In this document: piece by piece, positions 51,201 through 61,207 of the stretch | Position numbering within the stretch: position 1 is the stretch's first letter | How the letters are laid out: every line of letters begins with the position of its first letter | DNA from: Nemertoderma westbladi | Taxonomy: Eukaryota > Animalia > Xenacoelomorpha | Assembly: GCA_032718475.1 (NCBI GenBank) | Contig: JAUCBJ010007809.1 | Coordinates: forward strand, 1-64,000 | Length of the DNA stretch: 64,000 nucleotides | Direction: 5' to 3' | The notes under the pieces: generated by a model | Seen by the model: the letters and a program-made list of their open reading frames with translations, nothing else | Database searches by the model: none | What the model was told of the DNA's origin: nothing | Translations under genes and position numbers: made by a program

Positions 51201-54110
51201 GTCGTTTAAGCATTTTCCGTTGGTCTTTGCCGATGCGTCAACTACCATCCGCAGTTTACCTTTCTTTGGGTCTAAAGCCACGTGGAGTGGCAGGTAATAT
51301 GTCCTGTCCGTGTTCGGTTCGTCGACCGGTAACTCCACGGCCCATCCTTTCTCGACGTACTTCTTAATCGTTCTGTGGATGTACTCATTCTTCTCGGGGC
51401 TCCGTTTTAGTGTTTGTTTCAGCTTGCGGAGTCTCGTGAGTACCATCCCTCTATTATCGGGCAGCGGTATCTTCGGTAGTTTCCATACCATTCCTATAGT
51501 ATACCGCCCCTCATCGCATGTCATCGTTTCCTCCACGCTTTGTAAAGCCTGCTTGTCTTCTACCGAGGTCCCGACCCCGGTCTCTTTCAGTCCCTCGAAA
51601 TCTTGTCTGAGCAGTCTTTTAAGCTGCTCCTCTGCTCCCTCATCACCCATTTCCTGCATTGTTCCCGCGAACATGCATCCTGATGTCTCCGACATCCTAA
51701 ATGGTATCTTGCTCTTGATTGGACCACTCAGCGTCCACCCGAATGGTGTTAATATGGCCACCGGGTCACTCTGCTTGTCTTCGCCGAAGACCGTTTGCAT
51801 TCTTTCGTGGGCCGTTGGGCAGTCCATTCCTACTATGATGGATACCTTCCTAACGTCCACGTCTGGGATTGAGAAGTCAATGTCGTCCAGGAATTTATAT
51901 TGCTCGACCTCGATGTTGGTTGGCCGCCTGGCATTGATATTAATTGACTCTATCACTTGGATGGGGTCGATGGTTGCCCCATAGTCGCATCCCGGTGCCA
52001 CTGCTGCAATTGCGCACCGTCCGGTTCTCATCTCCAGGATCTCATCTTTGCTAGAGATGGTTGTTACCGCCATTCTGCTCGGCCTCGTTCTCAATCCTAT
52101 CTCTTCGGCCACCCATTCCTCGACTAGTGTGAAGGCAGCTCCACTGTCAACCAGCATTAGTGTTGTTACTGATCGATTGCCTTCCCCAATCACTCGCACG
52201 GGTACTACTCCAAGTAGCACCGTTCCGCTCTTCTTCGCCCCTGCTGTGCTCGTTGCCATCATTTGGCCTCTCCTCTGACCGAACTTTACCGGCTTCTCCT
52301 TGCATTCCCTAGCTCTATGTCCACTCATCACACACCGTGAACAGATTTTATTGCTCGACGCATAATCTATCTGATCTTGCCTAGGTAGCGCCTGCCAGTA
52401 CCTGCAGTTCATGGTTTGATGAAGCGCATTTGCGTGTAGCTGGCATTTGCTCTTTGGGTCGTAGCCCTCCTTATACAGCGCATTGCGTATCGCAGCTGCG
52501 TTTGTACCAAAGTCCCTACTATTCTTATTGTTTGGATTCGGCCTACTGGACGTACTGGGGTTATATTTATTCGTGTTGTTATTGTTCCCCTGTCCGTTCC
52601 ATGGTGTGGTCTTATCTTCGGCTAGCTGTGGACTCGTAGTCCCCTGCGTCGCTGCATATGGCAATGATTGCCTGAGCCTCGGTAATGCGTTTGATGTATT
52701 GTGGTCTGGTTTCGGTCTATGGTAATCTGTTTTCGGTCCCTTTCCCAGGCTATCTTCGCTATAGACTGGGTCAGTTATTAGTTCAGCCTCGTAGTTTAAG
52801 AAGTTTGACATTTCTTCTAAACCTGGTTCCGCACCCTTCTTATCTCGAGTGGAGAAGGCGATTTTCCTCCACTTGTTGCGCAGCCAGTTTGGTAGTGCCT
52901 GCGCTATCGTTGTGATGTTGTTGGACGCGTTGAGCTCGTATGGCGCGTCTAGCGTCTTCAGCACGATTAGCGCCTTTTCAACTTTGTTAGCAAATGTCTT
53001 AATGCTAACGGGATTATCCTGTAGGCCACCCGATGTTATGCCTCTTAGTGTCTGTCTGATGATCTTGGCCGGGTGCCCGTATTCCCTATCCAGTGCCCGC
53101 CATGCTGTCGTGAAGCCGCCCTCTATTCCTTGATATTGCCTCACGATATCGTATGCTGGGCCTCCCGTGTATACTTGCAGATACTTTAGGCACTCCGCCT
53201 GCGTCAAGTTCTTTGTTAGTATCTCGTTACTATACATGCGCCGAAACTGTAAATATTCTTCCGGCCTACTCCCATCGAATTTGAATGGTTCCACGGGTGG
53301 TAACTCGATCCTCGTTTTCAACGCATCGATCAACGTGGCCATCCCCATCGCCTGCGCTTCCAATGGATTCGATGGGTGCTGCATAGTTTCTCCTGTCTGG
53401 TGCGGTTCGTCCGTCCTATTTCTTGACTTTCTTTGACTTGGGTATGTCATCGGGGGTAGCGGCCCCCTCCATATTTCTGTGTCACACGACCTATTTTCAT
53501 CCAAGGGTCTCGTTGTTCTTGCTCCTATCGGGGTATATTGTTGATATTGTGATGGGGGAATGTCACCCTGCCCCCCCCCCCCCACCGGTATGTTTGGTAC
53601 TGGGGTTGATGTTAATATGTTGGGGCCCATACACCTATCCGCAATAATTCCCCCCTCCCCTGGGTATATGTTATGTCCCTGCATGCTGTAGTCATACTGC
53701 TGTACTGGTACCGGTATAGGCCTATCAGCTTCTGGCCTACTCGCCGGTATGTATTCCGCGACTTCCGGGTTTAATCCCGTCGTCCGCGCTATCCTATCGC
53801 CTACATTGCCTCTCTCAGTATGGCCTATGGTATGTGCAGTAAGGCCTACAGTATGTCCTACAGTCTGCATGTGTCGCTCGGGATCGAAGTTTATTCTTCT
53901 CGAATAATCCTCCCCGCGGCTACCGTATTCTCGATCGGTAGGTATATTCCGTCGGAAAGTTTCTCTTCGACCCCCCTCTCTACTGTCCTCATCTTCGTAC
54001 CGGTACATCGCGTACCCCTCTCTCGGCGCGTAGTGCGCCCCGCCAGGTCGCATCTCTCCGGGGCGACGGCAATCTCCCGGAGTTCGACCCCACTCACTCT
54101 CTGTTCTCAT
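48263..54110 (-). CDS. gag-pol: Bel/Pao Gag-Pol (gag core, CCHC, aspartic protease, RT, RNase H, integrase); 1819-aa ORF plus frameshifted C-terminus
   Basis: FKFDGS, CSRCVMSGHRAREC, LVDSGA, RMVVDAS, CDIEGMF, GFYVDDG, YDPLG, FSDAS, PKLEL, WTDSM, NPADLLSRG, CGVDMFGP, YSDNGTNF, GCVERLV; the last 149 aa (48263-48712) are in another frame. Confidence 0.96.
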
Positions 54111-54629
54111 CTCGACTACCGACGGCTCGCTATCCGTCCTCGCTCTTCTATCGTTCGCGGCGATACTTCTACTACTGTCTTCTCTTCTTCTCCTTTCAGT
54201 GGAGTGTTCCCGCTCGTGAGATCTCTCGTCGACCTCCCGGTTAAATCCCGACTGTTCTTCTTCCCTCTTCTGATCGGGCTCGACGCTTCGTCCGCCCTCT
54301 CACGACGTCAACCTGTCTCTCTCTGCTCGGTCGCACGTCGCTGGGGATACTCGCAATCCCCCTACTACTCTCCGTCGCCGGGTGTTGCGGTTTACCTATT
54401 TCGGCCCGCGCATTATCCGCTGACGGCTGTGGGACACTCTCTGCCCCCCCCCCCCCTTTCGCCGCTAACTCGCTGTTGTGGGGCCCCTGTAGCCCCCCCC
54501 CCCCCCCCCACTCGCCACATCTAACTTCGCTATCTCTCACCCCGCTACTATATCCCTCTCTAGTCGACACATCAGCCCTACCGCGGTCGGGTCTATTCAC
54601 CCCCGCCTCTCCCTCTGCTATTGCGTGGC

Positions 54630-54886
54630 CCACCAGGCCCCCGCTGGGTCTATCCAACCCAGCCACTCCCTGCCTACCAACTACGTGGCCTACCAGGCCC
54701 TCGCTGGGTCTATCCAACCCAGCCACTCCCTGCCTACCAACTACGTGGCCTACCAGGCCCTCGCTGGGTCTATCCAACCCAGCCACTCCCTGCCTACCAA
54801 CTACGTGGCCTACCAGGCCCTCGCTGGGTCTATCCAACCCAGCCACTCCCTGCCTACCAACTACGTGGCCTACCAGGCCCTCGCTG
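54630..54886. repeat. 60-bp tandem repeat (RPSEGLVGHVVGRQGVAGLD on the minus strand), continuing after 56472
   Basis: Lines 54661, 54721, 54781 and 54841 begin identically. Confidence 0.95.
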
Positions 54887-56472
54887 GGTAATGGTGAAAA
54901 ATATCGAGACTTGCAAAATATCGAGAGTAAAAATAACGAGAGTAAAAATATCGAGAGTAAAAATAACGAGTGTTGAAAATTAACGTGATTAAAAAATATC
55001 AAGAGTAAAAATAACGCGAGATGAAAAATATCGAAAATAACGAGTGTTGAAAAATATCGAGTGTTGAAAAATATCGAGAGTAAAAATATCGAGTGTTGAA
55101 AAATATCGAGAGTAAAAATATCTAGTGTTGAAAAATATCGAGTGTAAAAATATCGAGTGTTGAAAAATATCGAGAGTAAAAATATCGAGTGTTGAAAAAT
55201 ATCGAGTGTTGAAAAATATCGAGTGTAAAAATATCAAGTGTTGAAAAATATCGAGAGTAAAAAATATCGAGTGTTAAAAAATATCGAGAGTAAAAATATC
55301 GAGTGTTGAAAAATATCGAGAGTAAAAATATCGAGTGTTGAAAAATATCGAGTGTTGAAAAATATCGAGAGTAAAAATATCGAGAGTAAAAATATCGAGT
55401 GTTGAAAAATATCGAGAGTAAAAATATCGAGAGTAAAAATATCGAGTGTTGAAAAATATCGAGAGTAAAAATAACGAGTGTTGAAAATATCGAGTGTTGA
55501 AAAATATCGAGAGTAAAAATATCGAGTGTTGACAAATATCAAGTGTTGAAAAATATCGAGAGTAAAATGTATTGCATTTTGCTTGAGCATTTTATTTAGA
55601 ATTATGGAACAATATTGCAGTGCATGGGTTACAACAGTGCAAGTGAATGGCATTATGTATTACACCTTGGGTACCCATTTACCAGATTTATTATACTAGC
55701 TAGTTTTTGCTATTTTTTGAATAAATATTATAAAAGAAGTGCTAGCTATAAATTTTGATAAATATTATAAATATTGTTAAATATTATATTAGAACACGTA
55801 CTGTATAAGCTACCAAATGTTGATAAATATTGTTGTTCTAGAACATTTTTAGTAAAAAAAATTATCATACAACCCTTATTTAAAAAAATTGTTACTATCA
55901 ATATTTTTACTCTCGATATTTTTCAACATTCTATATTTTTCAACACTCGATATTTTTACTCTCGATATTTTTCAACACTCGATATTTTTCAATACTCAAT
56001 ATTTTTCAACACTCGATATTTTTACTCTCGATATTTTTCAACACTCGATATTTTTACTCTCGATATTTTTCAACACTCGATATTTTTACTCTCGATATTT
56101 TTCAACACTCGATATTTTTACTCTCGATATTTTTCAACACTCGACATTTTTACTCTCGATATTTTTCAACACTCGATATTTTTACTCTCGATATTTTTCA
56201 ACACTCGATATTTTTACTCTCGATATTTTTCAACACTCGATATTTTTACTCTCGATATTTTTCAACACTCGATATTTTTACTCTCGATATTTTTACTCTC
56301 GATATTTTTCAACACTCGGTATTTTTACTCTCGATATTTTTACCCTCGATATTTTTACTCTCGATATTTTTTGAACTCTCGATATTATCGTTATTTTTCA
56401 ACACTCGATGTTTTTACTCGCGTTATTTTTACTCTCGATATTTTTCATGTCTCGATATTTTTCAATATAACC
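54887..56472. mobile_element. Foldback-like non-autonomous DNA element with long, internally repetitive inverted arms
   Basis: Left arm (AAAAATATCGAGAGT / AAAAATATCGAGTGTTG)n ~54887-55568; inverted right arm ~55898-56472; ~330-bp AT-rich spacer; CCTCGCTG duplicated at 54879-54886 and 56473-56480 (TSD could be 6-10 bp depending on the termini). Confidence 0.88.
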
Positions 56473-58769
56473 CCTCGCTGGGTCTATTCAACCCAGCGGA
56501 TCCCTGCCTACCAACTACGTGGCCTACCAGGCCCTCTCTGGGTTGGCTCAACCCTGCCGCTTCCGGCCTACCAATTATACGGCCTACCAGACCCCCATCT
56601 GCCTGGCCATACACGCCCGACGTGTTTACGTTAATAGCACCCATATAGGAAACGGAATTAATTTGTTCGTTCGAAATAAAATCATTTGGATTATGTTGCG
56701 CGACTACACTATCTGAATTATTTTGTAAATTCGGGCTTGGATCATTATTTAAATTATTTGCATTATTTTGTAAATTCGGGCTTGGATCATTATTTAAATT
56801 ATTTGAATTATTTTGTAAATTCGGGCTTGGATCATTATTTAAATTATTTGAATTATTATTATTCTCTAAATCTAAATTACCACTCGGATTATTTTGCACG
56901 TTGAAATTGAAATTATTATCTGTATTTAAATTTAAATTACTGCTACTAGGTAAAGTATTTCCTGCAATAAAGATTTGATTAGAATTATCCCATACGGTAC
57001 TATTAATATTAACAACGTCTACTGTAACATTATCATTATTACCCCCCCCCCCCCCCCCCCCCCCCGCCCGTACGGTCACACCAGTTTTGGGTCTGTCGTG
57101 CGGTCCCTGTAAGTGGGGTATTAATAAATGTATCCACGGCCCCTGGCTCCTCTAAAATACTCGAGCCAGTCCCGCTTTCAGACGCCCCCGCCTGCACCAG
57201 TTGCAGCTCGCGCGCGCGCCTAATCCTATGCCCCGCAAGCTCATTTTGGCATCTCTTTAATTCCTTTCGCTCACACTCCTCCTTGGCCATTCTCTCCCTA
57301 CACTCCCGTTCGCTCTGTTCGGCCAACTCTGCCACTCTCCTAGCTTCTTCCCGTCGTCTTGCCCCACGCTCCTTGAGTTCCTTTTCCTCTATCGCCTCAT
57401 GCTCCTTACGTTCCGCCTCCTCTCTCGCCTCACGCTCCTTGCATTCTGCCTCCCTTCTCGCCTCACGCTCCTTGCGTTCCTTTTCCTCTCTCGCCTCATG
57501 CTCCTTACGTTCCGCCTCCTCTCTCGCCTCACGCTCCTTGCGTTCTGCCTCCCTTCTCGCCTCACGCTCCTTGCGTTCCGCCACACGCTCCTCTTGTTCC
57601 TTTCTCTCTATTTCCTCATACTCCCTAAGGCTTCTCAAAGCCCTTTCGGCCCTCTCTCCGGTTTCTCTAATCAATACCGTTTCCCTCTCTAGCCGCATTC
57701 TCCCCTCCTCTAACTGTTTATCCATTTCCCTCTGACCATGCTCTATCAGGTCGAGACGGTACGTGGCACCTATCTCTCTCACCAGTCTTTCTTTCGCGGA
57801 GGATGTAACAGACTTATCGGTTGTGACGGATTCCCTCTGCCTTCCCGTCCTACTAACTTTCCCCCTCCTCCCGGAACTCCCTCCGGCCGACGAGACCGAA
57901 TCCGCGGGGTCAACCTCGGATTTGCCCTCCTCAGGTCTGTTCCAACCCACTGATTTTATACCCCGGGCATCGATTAAGTATGGCCCTATGTACACTACAC
58001 TAGGTTGTATACCCCCTTGCCGCCATGAGTCATACAGTTCCTCGGCAACCCTTGTCGCTCTCTCCTCGGCCAATTCTCTCTGCCCGAAGCGCATTAGATA
58101 ATATAAATGTCTGTCCGACTTACCTAGTCCTGACTTTAGTTTTACCTCGTCTATAGCCTTCCCCTTTCTGGCCTCCTCTAGTAGTCTCCGGGTCGCGTTG
58201 TAGGCCCGTCGACGTCGATCGGAGACCCCGATGTCCTCGTCGCCGACCTCTCCTCCGTCTCTCCGGGTTCGACGTCGTACCGGCGGCCCCACCGTCGCCG
58301 TTCCGGTGGGCCGTCCGTCGCCCTCGGCCTGTGGTTGGCCCGCGACATCGGTATCGACATCTCCGTCGTCTCTCCGGGTCCGGTGTCGTACCGTCGGCCC
58401 CACCGTCGCCGTCTCGGTGGGCCGTTAGTCTCTCTCGGCCCGTGGCTGGCCCGCGACATCAGTACCTCGACCCACATCCCGTGTTGACTCGTCTTCTTCT
58501 CCCTCCATCTCGCTCTCTCCTCCTCTCGACTCGATCTCGGGTTCCAGGCGGCCCCCCTCATCCTGAGCTGCCGGATGACCCGTTACTGATGGGTCCGGCT
58601 TTGTGGGCCTGTACCGCCTGGTTGCGGCCTCGCGGATCGTTAATTCTTCTTCGTCCGGGGTCCGCGTCGGCGTTATCTCTCCCGACTGACTCATCTCGGC
58701 TTTTGTAGATTGGTGGCTGGTAGTCACTGAGTTTTAGATAGCTAGGGCGGCAGCTCTGAGTTCAATTAC

Positions 58770-59314
58770 TGTGACGGGATCCAGATGGGATCCCGGTTTA
58801 TCCGGTTTGTCAGTTCACGCGTCCCCGCTGTGTGTGAAGAGTAAAAGAGTTTCGGATGTTCGACGTGTATAATGTTTGGGTATATGGATGTAGATACGGT
58901 ATAATGGTGGACAAAGTTATTGCATATGGAAGGCGGGAGACGGTAATTGAAATCCCGGTACTTCCCTAACTGAACTATTGTAAGCTACAGTAACACCAGT
59001 AACTAGCACTGAGATAACTGAACTGGTATGATTACAGGTTACTGGTTATATTGCACGGTGGCCTTATTGCTACTCAATCGATGCCTTTCCCCCCTCCTGA
59101 TTGGTTGATACCCTTGTTGGCGCCTTTGGAGTGATCCCCTTCACTCCACCTGTTCTCTCTGGGTTAGGGGTTTGGCCCCTGACCCTCATTGTGTGGTTCA
59201 CCTTCCCATTTTGTTGGGGTGACACGAGTTGGTTATTACCCCAATCTCGTGGCCCCCAATATTGCTTATCGGCTTAACTTTTATGGGATGTTAGCGGGAT
59301 TGAATAAGCTAACA
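58770..59314 (-). repeat. 5' LTR (subtype a)
   Basis: Direct repeat of 45045-45589. Confidence 0.97.
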
Positions 59315-61207
59315 AATATCTCACTCCAAGAGATAGAGAATCTTAAATGAAAGTCACAAGAACAGGTAACACTTACATTTATAGCAGTAATCAGCTGTTA
59401 TATGCTACGTCTTTCTGCTGGAGATGGTTGAATTTTGATTGTGTCAGAACACCCCCTATCTGTGGCTGTCTGAGTGGAGAGATAAGTAACCTGTTTCCGT
59501 GTTAATATTGTTGTGTTCAAGAATATTTATTACAGTTTCATCGTATTGCCAAAGTGACTGGAGCTGAAGTTAACTAATGCAATAATTCACCTCAAATATC
59601 TCAGATATTTCATGAACATAATGAAGTATTAAAGCCATATCAAAATCACTGGTGTTTTTCTGCAATAATTTATCAAAATATCCTCTGATTTTTTTCAAAA
59701 ACCATATCGATTTTCATATTTATAACTTCTATCCTATTCCACGAGATAGAAAATCTTAAATGAACGTCAAAAGAACAGGTAACACTTACATTTATAGAAG
59801 TAATCAGCTTTTATTTGCTACGTCTTTCCGCTGGAGATGGATTAATTTTGATTGTGTCAGAACACCCCCTATCTGTGGCTTTCTGAGTGGAGAGATAAGT
59901 AGCCTATCTCCCTATTAATATTGCTGGTTCTAGAATATTTATTATTGTTTCATCGTATTGCTAAAGTAGCTGGAGCTAAAGTTATTATGTAATGCAATAA
60001 TTCACCTGAAATATCACAGCTATTTCATGAACATAATGAAGTATTAAAGCCATGCCAATATACTTGGTGTTTTTCTGTAATAATTTATCAAAATATCCTC
60101 ATATTTTTTAAAAAAAACATATCGATTTTAATATTTATAACTTCTAACCCACTCCACGAGATAGAGAATCTTAAATGAAAGTCAAAAGAACAGGTAACAC
60201 TTACATTTATAGCAGTAATCAGCTGTTATATGCTACGTCTTTCCGCCAGAGATGGATGAATTTTGATTGTGTCAGAACACCCACTATCTGTGGCTTTCTG
60301 AGTGGAGAGATAAGTAGCCTATCTCCCTATTAATATTGTTGGGTTCTAGAATATTTTTTATAGTTTCATCGTATTGCCAAAGTGACTGAAGTTGAAGTTA
60401 ACTCATAATACAATAATTCACCTCAAATATCTCAGCTATTTCATGAACATAATGAAGTATTAAAGCCATGTCAAAATCCTTGGACTTTTTCTGCAATAAT
60501 TTTTCAAAATATCCTCTGATTCTTTACTATAACCATATCCATTTTCATATTTATAACTTCTAACCCACTCCAAGAGATAGAGAATCTTAAATGAAAGTCA
60601 CAAGAACAGGTAACACTTACATTTATAGCAGTAATCAGCTGTTATATGCTACGTCTTTCCGCTGAAGATGAATGAATTTTGATTGTGTCAGAACACCCCA
60701 TATCTGTGGTTGTATGAGTGGAGAGATAAGTAGCCTATCTCCCTATTAATATTGTTGTGTTATAGAATACTTGTTATTGTTTCATCGTATTGCTAAAGTG
60801 GCTGGAGCTAAAGTTATTATGTAATGCAATAATTCACCTCAAATATCTCAGCTATTTCATGAACATAATGAAGTATTAAAGCCATATCAAAATCACTGGT
60901 GTTTTTCTGCAATATTTTATCAAAATATCCTCTGATTTTTTTCAAAAACCATATCGATTTTCATATTTATAACTTCTATCTCACTCCACGAGAGAGAGAA
61001 TCTTAAATGAACGTCAAAAGAACAGGTAACACTTACATTTATAGAAGTAATAAGCTGTTATTTGCTACGTCTTTCCGCTGGAGATGGATGAATTTTGATT
61101 GTGTCAGAACACCGCCTTTCTGTGGCTTTCTGAGTGGAGAGATAAGTAGCCTATCTCCCTGTTAATATTGTGGTGTTCTAGAATATTTATTATAGTTTCA
61201 TCGTATT
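59315..61207 (-). repeat. Satellite array, orientation B (~4.5 monomers)
   Basis: Same monomer, resuming at the TSD. Confidence 0.95.

Larger units (their letters stand above)
54241..58727 (-). pseudogene. Long low-complexity N-terminal Gag region, interrupted by poly-G frameshifts, a stop and a foldback insertion
   Basis: Colinear ORFs 58425-58727, 57039-58403 (VDPADSVSS, E/R coiled-coil repeats), 56462-57079 (Asn-rich repeats) and 54241-54886 (20-aa repeats); homologous to ~13300-15300. Confidence 0.75.
45045..59314 (-). mobile_element. Full-length Bel/Pao LTR retrotransposon, family B (14.3 kb including a 1.6-kb nested insertion)
   Basis: 545-bp LTRs at 45045-45589 and 58770-59314 (three substitutions seen by eye); AATAT TSD at 45040-45044 and 59315-59319; PPT (CTCCCCCCC on +) at 45590. 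Confidence 0.97.

Noticed and set aside
48691-54524. Many plus-strand ORFs opposite gag-pol
   Set aside because: Antisense shadows of the long coding frame with no motifs.
54989-56634. ORFs rich in STLDIF/SRYF
   Set aside because: Translations of the stop-poor foldback arms, not proteins.
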